A stretch of DNA of 28,053 bases from a virus (taxonomy: Duplodnaviria; Caudoviricetes): positions 1-28,053 of the IMG/VR virus record IMGVR_UViG_3300027672_000060, one strand, 5' to 3'. Below the pieces are notes generated by a model that saw only the letters and a list, made by a program, of their open reading frames with translations, ran no database searches and was not told the origin of the DNA. Shown here piece by piece: positions 15,465 through 25,276 of the stretch (positions are counted from its first letter, which is position 1; every line of letters starts with the position of its first letter). The translations under genes and the position numbers were made by a program.

Positions 15465-16862
15465 ATGGCAACAATAATAGAACAGAAAACTTTATTCGAT
15501 ACTTTAACAGCAGGAGAGAATGTAATTTTTGCAGTATCTAATACTAATATAGTTTCAACTTTTACAGATGTAAAATTTATTGCTACAGTACATATAAGTA
15601 ACCAAATCCCTAACCCATCAGTATTAACAGATGTAGTAGGTACTTTTAAAACTACCCCTAACAATGCAGGAGTAGGAATGTTCGACTTTAGTCCTATAAT
15701 AGAAAGTTTTGTTAGTTCTGATAACTTAGCAAGGAAAGACAGTACATATAAAGGAGTGTTAAATGGAACAGATAATAACGTGCCTATGCATTTAATTGAT
15801 AAATTCTCAGGAAATATTAATACTATGAGATACTTAGTCATAAAGTTTACTGTACAATATAACGACGGAACAGGAAGTATCATAGAAAATACTACAGGAG
15901 ATATTTCTTTGCCTATGAAAATAATAAACGGTTATCTTAAATACACTGATGAGCTAGATTTAAACGGTGTTAATTTTGGCTACAATATGCTTAATAAATT
16001 TTCCTTTTCAAATACTCAAGAAAGAAAGTTTTTGACTAATGCTCCTTTAATACAATACGCTAATATAAATGATTACGGAACTGTAGGGCTATTAATGTCA
16101 AATCCTTTTTTTCCAGGTTTAGGATCAGCAGGTGCATACGGTATAAGGTATAAGTATTATGACGATTCAGACGTTCTTCTAAATTCTGAAGATATTCAAC
16201 AATCAAGTAACGGTGGCTTTAAATATCCTCAATCTATTATAGACGCTCAAATACTTTATGCAGGAGTCTTTCCTGCTAACTTATCTAACTGGAGTACTAT
16301 ATTTAACGTTAATATAACAAAATTATCATATTACACTTTTCAAGTCATAGGGTCTACTGGTACTGTTATGTCATCTTTATATAGGATGAATATTAACTGT
16401 CCTAACACAAAAGGATTTGAGTCTATTAGACTTTGTTGGTTAAATCAGTGGGGTACTTGGGACTACTATACTTTTATCATGAAGTCTATTAAGAAAATTT
16501 CTACAAAAGGAAGTACATACCAGCAATTAGAAGGAAGTTGGAACTCTAGCTCTTACAGAATTGACAGCTTTAGAGGAGGCAAGAAAGCCTTTAGAGTAAA
16601 TGCTACAGAAAAGATAACAATGAATACAGATTTTGTAAACGAGTCAGAATCAGCTTGGTTCGAAGAGCTTATTAATAGTCCTGAAGTTTATCTGTTAAAG
16701 GAAAAATCATCTGATAAACTTAATTCTTCTCTTAATAAATATGTAACACCTGTAAGACTTACAACTTCTAGCTATACTAAAAAAACCGTCGCTAATGATA
16801 AGCTAATGCAGTACACTTTTGAAGTTGAAAAAAGCAAGACACTTAGAACTCAGTCTGTATAA
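15465..16862 (+). CDS. Tail tip structural protein (distal-tail-like)
   Basis: C-terminal WLNQWG.WDYYTF...NTDF.....F.ELI.SP.VY pattern; precedes the large tail protein. Confidence 0.6.
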   Translation: MATIIEQKTLFDTLTAGENVIFAVSNTNIVSTFTDVKFIATVHISNQIPNPSVLTDVVGTFKTTPNNAGVGMFDFSPIIESFVSSDNLARKDSTYKGVLNGTDNNVPMHLIDKFSGNINTMRYLVIKFTVQYNDGTGSIIENTTGDISLPMKIINGYLKYTDELDLNGVNFGYNMLNKFSFSNTQERKFLTNAPLIQYANINDYGTVGLLMSNPFFPGLGSAGAYGIRYKYYDDSDVLLNSEDIQQSSNGGFKYPQSIIDAQILYAGVFPANLSNWSTIFNVNITKLSYYTFQVIGSTGTVMSSLYRMNINCPNTKGFESIRLCWLNQWGTWDYYTFIMKSIKKISTKGSTYQQLEGSWNSSSYRIDSFRGGKKAFRVNATEKITMNTDFVNESESAWFEELINSPEVYLLKEKSSDKLNSSLNKYVTPVRLTTSSYTKKTVANDKLMQYTFEVEKSKTLRTQSV

Positions 16863-19570
16863 TGAGTGTTCAACTAATAATATATCCACAGATCTATGAC
16901 GGTTACAATGCAAATATTTTTACGAATACAAGCCAATTTATTATTAACGGTAATAATTTTAGTACAGTAAATTCTTCAACAGATCATACAGTAACTTTAT
17001 CAAATGGAACACAAGAAGCAATAGACTTTTATGGAGCGTCTTTAACTGTTAATACATGGAAGAGATTTCATAAGGGTGCTTCTGGAGTTAGTGAATCAGG
17101 AGGTCTTGTAACTATAAATCCCAAATCAGGTCAAGTTCAGCAAGGGCTTATTCAGAAATTATCTAATTTAACAGTTGGAAATTTTTATAATATTACTTTG
17201 GATATTAACACAAATATTAATACTACTAACGCTTTTGGTATTTGGATTTATTCAGGAACTATTCTACAGCAAGTTATTCCTATTCCTAATAATACAGGTT
17301 TTGTAAATATTTCATTTAATGCCATTTCAACAGAAGATACTATTGTTATAGTTGGTGATTCAACTATTGATCAGAAGCTTGTATTAAATTCTATTACTAT
17401 TAGAGATGCACAACCTATTCCAACTGGAGCAATTCAAATATTAGGAGATGGACAAGTTATTTGTGATCTTTATGAAGATGAAGATTTACCACTTACTTTA
17501 AGTGTTGATGATTTTAAAAATGTCGCTGAAAATGTACAGTCTTATTCTAAAGCCTTTAAAATTCCTGGAACAAAAAGAAATAATAGAATATTCGATCATA
17601 TTTTTGAAATTACTAGAGAAGTAGCTGGATCTGGAGGATTAATATTTAATCCATACCAAAAAACAAAAGCAGTTTTAAAACAGGACGGATTTCTTTTATT
17701 TGAAGGGTATTTAAGAATGTTAGATATAATAGATAAAGAAGGAGAAATTAGTTATAATGTAAATTTATATTCTGAAGTTATAGCTTTAGCCGATATTTTA
17801 CAAGAAAGAACATTTAAAGATTTGGACTTTACAGAGCTAGATCATGACTATAATTATACTAATATAAGAAACAGTTGGCAAGGAATATTACCAGTTGCAC
17901 CTTTGCCTTCAGGAAGTTTTGCAGGCTCTACAGGAGCTACTGCTACAGATGTATTAAGATATCCTTTTTGTGATTGGAATCATCAATATAGCTACACAAA
18001 TTCAGGGAATCCAAAACTTACAACTTTAGAAAGCGCATTTAGACCTTTTATAAATATAAAATACTTAATTAATAATATTTTTGCAGATACAGATTTTACT
18101 TATGAATCTAATTTTTTTAATACTGCTGATTTTAATAAGCTTTTTATGGACTTTAACTGGGGGTCAGGCAATGCTCCTGTTATTTTTAACACGACAGGTT
18201 TATTAACTAATGGAAGTGATGTTGGTCTTGGTACTTCTATGGCTACTTTAAATTTTGATGAAATGAATTTACCTGGCACTATACCTGGTGATCCATTAAA
18301 TGCAAATTTTGGATATTCAGCAGGAGTATTTACAGCTCAAGAAGACGGTCAAGTATATACGTTCAGTTATGATATGAGGTTTGATAGATCGATAACTTCT
18401 GATACTTTATTTGTACAATGGCTTGTTAATGGAACTCCTGTTAATGTGGCTACTTCTACTTCTATTTTATTCCCTTATTCAGGAGCTTTTACTACTTCAC
18501 CATTAGCAGCAGGAGATACTGTGCTATGTCAAGCTTTTTCTACTTTAGGGTTGTATGAATTAGATGGCGTTTTAGATCCATTCGGAACACCTTCATTAGT
18601 AACAATTACAACTACATCCGACCAAACTACATCAGATACGTTATTAGAAACACTAAGAGGAGAATTAGGGCAGTGGGATTTCTTAAAAGGAATAATTACA
18701 ATGTTTAATTTAGTAACTATTCCTGATGAAGATAACCCGTTAAATATAAAAATAGAACCGTATGCAGATATATTTGTAAATAATACAGATAGCGTTCAAT
18801 TAAACTGGACTGAAAAAATAGATGTTTCTCAAATTAAATTAAAACCTTTAACTGAATTAAATAGAAAGACTATTTTTAAATTTGTTGAAGATGATGATGA
18901 CTATGCATTTAATCAATATAAGAATTTAGTAGGCGGTCATTTATACGGAAGTAAAAAGTTTATAGCTACAGATCAATTTGATATATTAACTGGAGAAGAA
19001 GAAATTATAGCAGAGCCTTTTGCAGCAACAGTAGTAAAGCCTCTTAGTTCTGAATTTCCTGAGTTAATAGTTCCTTCTATTTATTCTTATAATTTTAATG
19101 ACGACACTTCTGAAGGATTCGATAACAGCCCTAGAATTATGTATAATAATGGGGTAGTAACTATGACTTCAACTACTTATAGCGTTCCTACACAAAATGG
19201 AGTAGCTGGTGATGCATTTGAAGATGAATATTTACAGTTTAGTCATTTAACAGATATACCTACAGTTACTTCTATTCCTCCAAGTTTAACAGATACTATA
19301 GACTTTCATTTTGGTGAATGTCAATTAATGACTGGAGTAGGAGCTGCTACTGTAAATAATTTATTTGGTATGTACTGGCTTCCATACTTTAATGAGCTTT
19401 ACAATCCTAATACTCGTATCATGACTATAAAAGTAGATTTAAGTCCTTCAGATATAAATACTTTTAAATTTAACGATACAGTTTTTATTAAGAACAGAGT
19501 CTTTAGAGTAAACAAAATAAACTACCAGCCGAACGAATTGGCAACAGTTGAATTTATACTTATACCATAA
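16862..19570 (+). CDS. Large tail tip/hub protein with inserted adhesion-like domains
   Basis: DLY.DE...L...V.D......SYSK.F.IPGT..NN.IF hub-like start; C-terminal F.D.VFI....FR.NKI.Y; CBM-like and C1q-like insertions. Confidence 0.7.
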   Translation: MSVQLIIYPQIYDGYNANIFTNTSQFIINGNNFSTVNSSTDHTVTLSNGTQEAIDFYGASLTVNTWKRFHKGASGVSESGGLVTINPKSGQVQQGLIQKLSNLTVGNFYNITLDINTNINTTNAFGIWIYSGTILQQVIPIPNNTGFVNISFNAISTEDTIVIVGDSTIDQKLVLNSITIRDAQPIPTGAIQILGDGQVICDLYEDEDLPLTLSVDDFKNVAENVQSYSKAFKIPGTKRNNRIFDHIFEITREVAGSGGLIFNPYQKTKAVLKQDGFLLFEGYLRMLDIIDKEGEISYNVNLYSEVIALADILQERTFKDLDFTELDHDYNYTNIRNSWQGILPVAPLPSGSFAGSTGATATDVLRYPFCDWNHQYSYTNSGNPKLTTLESAFRPFINIKYLINNIFADTDFTYESNFFNTADFNKLFMDFNWGSGNAPVIFNTTGLLTNGSDVGLGTSMATLNFDEMNLPGTIPGDPLNANFGYSAGVFTAQEDGQVYTFSYDMRFDRSITSDTLFVQWLVNGTPVNVATSTSILFPYSGAFTTSPLAAGDTVLCQAFSTLGLYELDGVLDPFGTPSLVTITTTSDQTTSDTLLETLRGELGQWDFLKGIITMFNLVTIPDEDNPLNIKIEPYADIFVNNTDSVQLNWTEKIDVSQIKLKPLTELNRKTIFKFVEDDDDYAFNQYKNLVGGHLYGSKKFIATDQFDILTGEEEIIAEPFAATVVKPLSSEFPELIVPSIYSYNFNDDTSEGFDNSPRIMYNNGVVTMTSTTYSVPTQNGVAGDAFEDEYLQFSHLTDIPTVTSIPPSLTDTIDFHFGECQLMTGVGAATVNNLFGMYWLPYFNELYNPNTRIMTIKVDLSPSDINTFKFNDTVFIKNRVFRVNKINYQPNELATVEFILIP

Positions 19571-20430
19571 TGTCAGCGATTCCAAGAGAAAATATTTCAT
19601 ACTTAACAGGGTTTACAGTAAAACCTGCTGCGATTTCACAAATTGGAATTGTAACTTTTACAGATGGAAAAAATGAAGTAACCCCTAATCAATTACAATG
19701 TGAGTCTTATGGATATACTTACAATGTAGTAAACGGAACTTGCAATATTTTTCGGTATAATGCAAATTTAGATATAGCTGTTGCAAATGAAAATAACAGA
19801 ACTTACGGATCAGGAAACTCTACTGAAACAGGTACTAATAATACTTTAATAATGGGCGTTGATAATACAGTTAAAGGTTTATCACGTAATAATATAATAA
19901 TAGGTAATGAAAATCAAATAGCAAACGGAATAAATAATGCTAACGTTTCAGGTACTTTAGGAGAGGCAACAGCAACTAACTCAACAGTCTTAGGGGGTAA
20001 CGCTCCTGATGACCTTTTAGGCGAAAGACAAGCTATCAGAGTTATTTACGGAAAACAAACTACAAGTGCAGCAACTTTAGCTTCTAATCTAAACAATACT
20101 TCAGGTAGTTTTTTTAAAATTCCTATTAATACGGCAATTTATTTTAACGCTACTATTCTAGCGGTTAGAGTTGGTGGCACTAATACTGGTAATAATGGAG
20201 ATTATTTAAGCATGATTGAACGAGGTGTTGCTATTAATAAATCAGGAGTTACTACTATTCAAAGAGAACGAGATGTAATAAAATCTTCAGGTACAATTAC
20301 AGGATGGAATGCAGTAGCGTCAGTTTCAGGAGATGACTTTTCTATTTCAGTAAGGGGTCGAAATAGCGTTACTTTAGAATGGATTTGTAATATAGAAATT
20401 ACACAATTAAAATCAGGCGTTGCACTTTAA
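19570..20430 (+). CDS. Putative tail fibre/receptor-binding protein
   Basis: Central Asn/Gly/Ile beta-roll-like repeats (NNTLIMGVDN, NNIIIGNEN) and a beta-rich C-terminal domain. Confidence 0.55.
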   Translation: MSAIPRENISYLTGFTVKPAAISQIGIVTFTDGKNEVTPNQLQCESYGYTYNVVNGTCNIFRYNANLDIAVANENNRTYGSGNSTETGTNNTLIMGVDNTVKGLSRNNIIIGNENQIANGINNANVSGTLGEATATNSTVLGGNAPDDLLGERQAIRVIYGKQTTSAATLASNLNNTSGSFFKIPINTAIYFNATILAVRVGGTNTGNNGDYLSMIERGVAINKSGVTTIQRERDVIKSSGTITGWNAVASVSGDDFSISVRGRNSVTLEWICNIEITQLKSGVAL

Positions 20431-20442
20431 AAAAATAAAACT

Positions 20443-22095
20443 ATGGCAAAGGAAGTATTAGAATTGGAAGTTAAGACCAATATTGGAAAAGTTACAAAAG
20501 ACCAAAAGGATTTTAACAAAGAACTTAAAAAAACTGAAGGAATTATAGAAGATGTTAATGCTGAAGGTAAAAATACAGTATCAGAAATGCAAGTACTAGG
20601 TCTTTCTATAAACGGCTTAAAAGCTAGTTGGAAGTCAGCTGCTAGTGGAGCTAAGTTTTTATTTAGCAGTATTAAGTTAGGGATTGCTTCTACTGGTGTG
20701 GGGCTTTTACTTTTAGCATTTGGTGCTTTAGCTACTTGGTTTGCTAAAACAAAAAAGGGTGCTGAAGTATTATCTGTAGCTTTTAAAGGTATTGGAGCAG
20801 CAGTTAATGTAATTGTAGATAGAATAGCTAACTTTGGAGGTGGGATTGCTAAATTATTTTCAGGAAATATAAGGGCAGGGTTAAAAGATATGGGTAATTC
20901 TTTTAAAGGTATTGGAGAAGAAATTAAAAATGACACTCTTTTAGCAATGGCTTTAGAAAAGTCTTTTCAGCGATTAACTGACAACCAAAGAGCGTTAAGT
21001 GTTGAAACTGCACAAAGAAGAGCTGATATTGAAGAATTAAAGCTAATAGCTGAAGATGTTACTAAGTCAGAAGAAGAAAGATTTAATGCAGCAAAAAAAG
21101 CTTTTAGTATAGAAACAGATTTATTAGAAAGAAGAATAGCTAACGCAACAGAATCAGTAAGAATTGAAAAATTACGTTTATCTACTGTTTTAGACCCTGA
21201 AGCAGAAGCACTAGATATTCTTGCACAAAAAGAAGTAGAACTTGCAACTATAAGAGGTGAATCTGTTACTAAACAAATAGAACTTAATAATAAGATAAAT
21301 ACAATTAAGCAAGAAACTATTAATAAAAATATAGAAATAGCATCTCAAAATGCTGCTGAAGTAAAAGCTACGCAAGATCTAAATACACAACTTCAAATTT
21401 TAAGGCAGGAAGATCAAAATGCAAAAGAATTAATAGCTTTAAAAAATGAAAAAATAGCAGCTAGGGAAACTGCAAAGTTAATAACAGATGCAGTTCAAAG
21501 AGAAGAGCAACTAGCTGCTATTGATAAAATATTTTCTTTAAGATATCTTGAATTAATAGATAAACAATATGATATTGAAGTAAATGGAAACAAAAATACA
21601 GGTATAAAAGTATTAAAAACTGATAAAGAAATTGCAGATGCAAAGGTGGCTATGCAATTTGATATGGCAAACCAAGGTCTAAGTATTTTAGCATCAGCAG
21701 CAGGTGAAGGAACAGCACTAGCAAGGGCTGCTGCAATAGCACAAGCTACTATATCAGGAGTCCAAGGAGTACAAAATGCATTTACATCAGCTAATGCAAA
21801 TATAGGAGCAACAGCAGGAACTTTTGGAGCTTATCCTGTAACTATGGCAGCTCTAGCAGGAACTTTTGCAGCTATGAATATTGCTAAAATTGCAAGTGGT
21901 GGTAAACCAGGAGGAGGAGGAGGAGGAGGAGGAGGAGGTGCTTTAGCTGCAACACCTGCGCCTCAAATGATGTCAGGGTCTTTTGATATTACAGGGGGAG
22001 TAGCTCCAGAACCAATGAAAGCCTTTGTAGTTACTGATGAAATGACAAACAGTCAAGACCAATTAGCAAATATAAGACGTAGAGCTACTATCTAA
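20443..22095 (+). CDS. Tape measure protein
   Basis: IASTGVGLLLLAFGAL hydrophobic segment, long coiled-coil, Ala-rich hydrophobic C-terminal part, AFVV..EMT..Q tail. Confidence 0.8.
   Translation: MAKEVLELEVKTNIGKVTKDQKDFNKELKKTEGIIEDVNAEGKNTVSEMQVLGLSINGLKASWKSAASGAKFLFSSIKLGIASTGVGLLLLAFGALATWFAKTKKGAEVLSVAFKGIGAAVNVIVDRIANFGGGIAKLFSGNIRAGLKDMGNSFKGIGEEIKNDTLLAMALEKSFQRLTDNQRALSVETAQRRADIEELKLIAEDVTKSEEERFNAAKKAFSIETDLLERRIANATESVRIEKLRLSTVLDPEAEALDILAQKEVELATIRGESVTKQIELNNKINTIKQETINKNIEIASQNAAEVKATQDLNTQLQILRQEDQNAKELIALKNEKIAARETAKLITDAVQREEQLAAIDKIFSLRYLELIDKQYDIEVNGNKNTGIKVLKTDKEIADAKVAMQFDMANQGLSILASAAGEGTALARAAAIAQATISGVQGVQNAFTSANANIGATAGTFGAYPVTMAALAGTFAAMNIAKIASGGKPGGGGGGGGGGALAATPAPQMMSGSFDITGGVAPEPMKAFVVTDEMTNSQDQLANIRRRATI
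21910..21939 (+). repeat. (GGA)9GGT microsatellite encoding Gly10 in the tape measure protein
   Basis: Read directly from the sequence. Confidence 0.95.
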
Positions 22096-22098
22096 AAT

Positions 22099-22128
22099 CA
22101 AATAAACTAACTTAATTTCTATTATATA
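22099..22128 (+). promoter_or_regulatory. Late promoter motif copy 3 (upstream of protease)
   Basis: CAAATAAA-N10-TTCTATTATATA. Confidence 0.8.
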
Positions 22129-22143
22129 AAAAAGACTATACAT

Positions 22144-23163
22144 ATGCCTTGCGAAGAATGTTCAGACGGAAAATTTAAATGGGGAAAGACTGGCTCTTGT
22201 AAGTACGATACAAAAGCAGACTGTGAAGAAGACAATAAAGACTATTATGAAGAAGAAAAGACTACTTCTATAGTTGAGCTTGTTATTAATGATGAAAATC
22301 AAGAACTTGCTATTGATGCAATCAGTTTAGTTACTGCTCCTGCAATAGAGCAAGACTTTGTATTCTTTGGAAAAGAAAAGAACAACTTGACATTTGCGAA
22401 AGTAGATGAGGAAAAGAGAATGTTAATTTCTCCTGCTCTTATTCCTGGAAAAACTATATTTAGACACGACCCACAGACTTCATCTGATTATTTCGTTTTC
22501 TTTTCAAAAGCGACAGTTAGAAAAGCAAGTGAATTGTATTTAAAACATAACAATCACCATAAGGCAACCTACCAACACCAAGATAGAATCTCAGGAATAC
22601 TTACAGTTGAGTCTTGGATTATTGAAGATAGTAAATTAGATAAGTCTACACTTTATGGATTTTCACTTCCTGTAGGAACTTGGATGGTAAAGCTAAAAAT
22701 AGACAATGATGAAATTTGGTCTAAGATAAAAGATGGAGAATTACGCGGATTATCGATTGAGGGATATTTTACTAATAAATTTGAACAAATGCAAAAGAAA
22801 GAATTTACAGACGAAGAAGTTAAGACAGCCCTAAAAGAATTATTAAGTGTTCAGAAGGTTGAGTTAGGATTGATTGACGATTTCAGGTCTGCAATAAAAA
22901 AAGCAAATGACGCTAGGTCAGAAGGAGATAAAATTCTACTTAAGGCTGCTGACTCTGCTACTAAAGCAAGTAAGGTTCTTATGAGTGCAGGAAAACTAGG
23001 ACTTGAAGCTTTAAAATTATTTAGGTCTTTAGAATCAGCAGCAAAAGAATTAGGTATTGATTTACCTAAGAAAGTTGTAGAAGCAGGAAAAAGTATTAAC
23101 CCTGTAATAAAAGACACAAAAAAAAATATGGATATAGCTAATAAGTTTTCTAATTCAATATAA
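22144..23163 (+). CDS. Prohead maturation protease (XkdF-like serine peptidase) with an N-terminal Cys motif and a C-terminal helical extension
   Basis: AISLV..PAIE..F, EKRML..PALIP.K.I.R, ESW, GTWM, W..IK.G.L.GLSIEGYF. Confidence 0.85.
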   Translation: MPCEECSDGKFKWGKTGSCKYDTKADCEEDNKDYYEEEKTTSIVELVINDENQELAIDAISLVTAPAIEQDFVFFGKEKNNLTFAKVDEEKRMLISPALIPGKTIFRHDPQTSSDYFVFFSKATVRKASELYLKHNNHHKATYQHQDRISGILTVESWIIEDSKLDKSTLYGFSLPVGTWMVKLKIDNDEIWSKIKDGELRGLSIEGYFTNKFEQMQKKEFTDEEVKTALKELLSVQKVELGLIDDFRSAIKKANDARSEGDKILLKAADSATKASKVLMSAGKLGLEALKLFRSLESAAKELGIDLPKKVVEAGKSINPVIKDTKKNMDIANKFSNSI

Positions 23164-23168
23164 ATAAT

Positions 23169-23534
23169 ATGAAACCAACACAAGAACAAATACTAAGTGC
23201 TTTAAACAAGCTAGTAAGAGAAAACAAAACTGAACTTAAAGCTGAGAAGATTGAGTTGGGGTTAGTTGATGATATTAAAGATATGGATAAAGAAATTAAA
23301 AAAGAATATAACTCTTTTGATAAGAAATTTACTGAATTTTACAAAACTAAAAGAATGTTAGAGGGTAAACTTGCTGAATTTGAAAAATTAGAAAAATCAC
23401 AAAGCAAAAGGATTGATGCTGCTAAAAAAGCATTTAAAGATTTAGGGATTGATCCAAAACCTTTATTTATTTATGAAAGTAATATGAGAGATATTAATGG
23501 TTTAGTAAAAGAAGCAAAGGGTAAACTTTCTTAA
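23169..23534 (+). CDS. Helical protein paralogous to the protease C-terminal extension (candidate internal head protein)
   Basis: Shares a T.E.[IV]..AL..L leader, K[VI]ELGL[IV]DD and K[ED]LGID with roughly aa 216-339 of the protease. Confidence 0.7.
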   Translation: MKPTQEQILSALNKLVRENKTELKAEKIELGLVDDIKDMDKEIKKEYNSFDKKFTEFYKTKRMLEGKLAEFEKLEKSQSKRIDAAKKAFKDLGIDPKPLFIYESNMRDINGLVKEAKGKLS

Positions 23535-23551
23535 AGCAATAAAGTACAAAT

Positions 23552-23581
23552 CAAACAGAACAATAACTATTCTATTATATA
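23552..23581 (+). promoter_or_regulatory. Late promoter motif copy 4 (upstream of scaffold-capsid)
   Basis: CAAACAGA-N10-TTCTATTATATA. Confidence 0.8.
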
Positions 23582-23601
23582 ACAGAACTTAAAACAAAAC
23601 T

Positions 23602-24261
23602 ATGGATTTAAAAAATCAAATATTGGTAGCACTTGGTCTTGATAAAGGCGAAGAAGTTTCTCTTGCCTGGCAAGCGAAAAGCGAAGACGGAACTATTTTC
23701 GTTTCAACTGCTGAAGAATTAGCTAACGGTGTGGATATCAGCGTTTTAACTGAAGATGGCACGACAATTTTATTGCCAATCGGAACTTACAGGACTGATA
23801 CAGGAGTTACTTTTAGAGTAGAAGAAGAAGGTATCGTTTCTGAAGTTATGGAAAGTGAAACTGAAGAAGTAGTTGAAGAAGAAATGACTGAAGACTTAGC
23901 AGTAGTTGAGGATTGGGAAGGTATGGAGAAAAGAATCCAAAACTTAGAAGATGCAGTTGCAAGTCTAAAGAAAGATAAAGATGGAGGTGATGATGAAGTT
24001 GAAGAAATGGCTGAAGAAGTAACAGAGCCTTCTACTAATCCTAAATCTATTAAGACTACAGAAGTAGTTGAGTTCTCAGCAGAAGATGAATTAACAAAGT
24101 TAAAAGCTGAAAATGAAAAACTAAAGACTGAGTTAGCAGAAGCACCTGCATCAGCACCTTTAGATACAAATAAATTTAGTTCAGAAAGAGCAACTCCTAC
24201 TGCACAAGATTTTAGAAGAATGACAAGTAAGGAAAGATTCTTATATAACTTAAACAAATAA
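23602..24261 (+). CDS. Capsid scaffolding protein
   Basis: Very acidic, coiled-coil, between protease and capsid; EDGT and LP.G.Y motifs. Confidence 0.75.
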   Translation: MDLKNQILVALGLDKGEEVSLAWQAKSEDGTIFVSTAEELANGVDISVLTEDGTTILLPIGTYRTDTGVTFRVEEEGIVSEVMESETEEVVEEEMTEDLAVVEDWEGMEKRIQNLEDAVASLKKDKDGGDDEVEEMAEEVTEPSTNPKSIKTTEVVEFSAEDELTKLKAENEKLKTELAEAPASAPLDTNKFSSERATPTAQDFRRMTSKERFLYNLNK

Positions 24262-24305
24262 TAAGTAGAGATAACTCTACATAAATAACTAAAAATAATC
24301 AAATT

Positions 24306-25214
24306 ATGGCAATTACAGTAGCTTCAAACTTTGCAGGTAAGGCAGCAGGATTTTACATCTCAGCAGCTTTAAAAGCATCAAACTCGTTAGACTATCTAAC
24401 AATGATAGAAAATATTAAATTTAAGAGCAATATACAAGCCTTAAATCAATCAGTAAATTCTGTTGGAGACGCAACTTGCGACTTTTTTGCAGCAGGAACT
24501 TTAGCTTTAACTGAAAAAGTATTAGAGCCTAAAAACTTACAAGTAAATATGGATATTTGTAAAGAAACTCTATTATCTTCTTGGGAAGCATTACAAATGA
24601 GAGCAGGAGCTGGCGCACCGCCACCTGCATCTTTTGATGATTACGTTATCTCTTACATGGGCGATATTATAGCACAAGCTACAGAAAATTCTATCTGGGC
24701 AGGGACTAATGTAGCAGGACAATTTAACGGATTCTTAGGAGCAGCTACAGGACTTTTACTACCAGGTGTTGATGCTACAGTTGTACAGAATGCAGCAGGG
24801 GGAGCATATACAGCAGGAACTATTATAGCAGAATTACAGAAGGCAGTAGCAGTTATTCCTGTTGCAGTTTTAGGTAAAGAAGATTTACATATTTACATGA
24901 GTCAGAGAACTTACCAATACTACATTGGAGCAGTTTCTACTTTAGGATATGTAAACGCTTATAACATGAATGGAGATTACGTGCCAATGTTTGAAGGCTA
25001 CAAGATAGCAGTATGTAACGGAATGTTAGAAAATGAAGTTGTAATAGCTCAAAAATCTAACTTATTCTTTGGAACTGATCTTTTAAGTGATGCAACAAGA
25101 ATTAACTTAATGGATATGGCTAATTTAGATGGTTCTGACAATATTAGAATGGTAGCTCGTTACTCAGCAGGAGTACAGTCAGGAACAGGAGCTGATATCG
25201 TAAGACAGTCTTAA
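24306..25214 (+). CDS. Major capsid protein
   Basis: 302 aa after the scaffold; CDF...G...LTE..L.P..LQVN..IC, NLFFGTDL.SD, DGSDN.R motifs of Bacteroidota siphovirus capsids. Confidence 0.85.
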   Translation: MAITVASNFAGKAAGFYISAALKASNSLDYLTMIENIKFKSNIQALNQSVNSVGDATCDFFAAGTLALTEKVLEPKNLQVNMDICKETLLSSWEALQMRAGAGAPPPASFDDYVISYMGDIIAQATENSIWAGTNVAGQFNGFLGAATGLLLPGVDATVVQNAAGGAYTAGTIIAELQKAVAVIPVAVLGKEDLHIYMSQRTYQYYIGAVSTLGYVNAYNMNGDYVPMFEGYKIAVCNGMLENEVVIAQKSNLFFGTDLLSDATRINLMDMANLDGSDNIRMVARYSAGVQSGTGADIVRQS

Positions 25215-25226
25215 TAAATAAATAAT

Positions 25227-25254
25227 GGATGGAGGGGGTAAAACCCTTCCACCC
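25227..25254 (+). other. GC-rich stem-loop after the capsid gene (mRNA stabiliser or partial terminator)
   Basis: TGGAGGGG-GTAAAA-CCCTTCCA; no U-tract. Confidence 0.6.
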
Positions 25255-25276
25255 TTAACCTAAAAAAAACAATAAA

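Noticed and set aside
24236-24247. GATTCTTATATA as a sixth late promoter in front of the capsid gene
   Set aside because: Only 8/12 match, inside the scaffold CDS, and no CAAAY element at the expected spacing.
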